This document shows, piece after piece, positions 63,801-64,000 of a DNA stretch of 64,000 nt. The first letter of the stretch is position 1; each line of letters starts with the position of its first letter. The translations under genes and the position numbers were made by a program. The notes beneath the pieces were generated by a model. That model was not told the origin of the DNA. It worked only from the letters and a program-made list of their open reading frames with translations, and did no database searches. Origin of the DNA: Eledone cirrhosa (Eukaryota); contig CAXHJY010000834.1 in the NCBI GenBank assembly GCA_964016885.1, forward strand, positions 186,001 through 250,000, in the 5' to 3' direction.

Positions 63801-64000
63801 TACTAGGACCAAGTACAGTTAGTGTGAAAAGATACCAGTACTAGGACCAAATACAGTTAGTGTGAAAAGATACCAGTACAAGGACCAAATACAGTTACTG
63901 TGAACAGACACCAGTACTAGGACCAAATACAGTTAGTGTGAAAAGACACCAGTACTAGGACCAAATACAGTTAGTGTGAAAAGACATCAGTACTAGGACC
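33808..64000. repeat. 38-bp tandem satellite array, at least 30.2 kb (~790 monomers), running off the window
   Basis: Consensus GAAAAGAYAYCAGTACTAGGACCAAATACAGTTAGTGT. The 38-bp period is confirmed by line phase recurring every 1140 bp (30 units). Single orientation, very few indels, no ORFs. Confidence 0.99.

Noticed and set aside
33808-64000. CRISPR-like array
   Set aside because: Monomers are contiguous with no unique spacers, there are no cas genes, and the context is eukaryotic.

Overview
This is eukaryotic, AT-rich, repeat-dense DNA. The SINE/RTE repeats, microsatellite load and single-ORF polyQ C2H2 gene suggest a coleoid cephalopod such as octopus, but that is an inference. The first ~33.8 kb holds one clear gene, a 657-aa polyQ C2H2 zinc-finger protein (1896-3869, minus strand). 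It also holds decayed non-LTR retroelements (RTE, R4/Dong-like, CRE-like, HERO/NeSL-like, Tx1/L1-like), tRNA-derived SINEs (several with target-site duplications), MITE-like ends, mini/microsatellites, a 4.9-kb ACC-derived tract and a few candidate exons. From ~33,808 to the window end is one 38-bp tandem satellite (~790 copies) with nested higher-order duplications. The most notable hidden signal is five type I hammerhead-ribozyme motifs from three unrelated sequence families within 16.8-18.9 kb. Four of them are outward-facing pairs on the arms of two adjacent inverted-repeat elements embedded in (TA)n, resembling non-coding Penelope pLTR or retrozyme-like units. All folds and alignments were done by eye; no searches were run.
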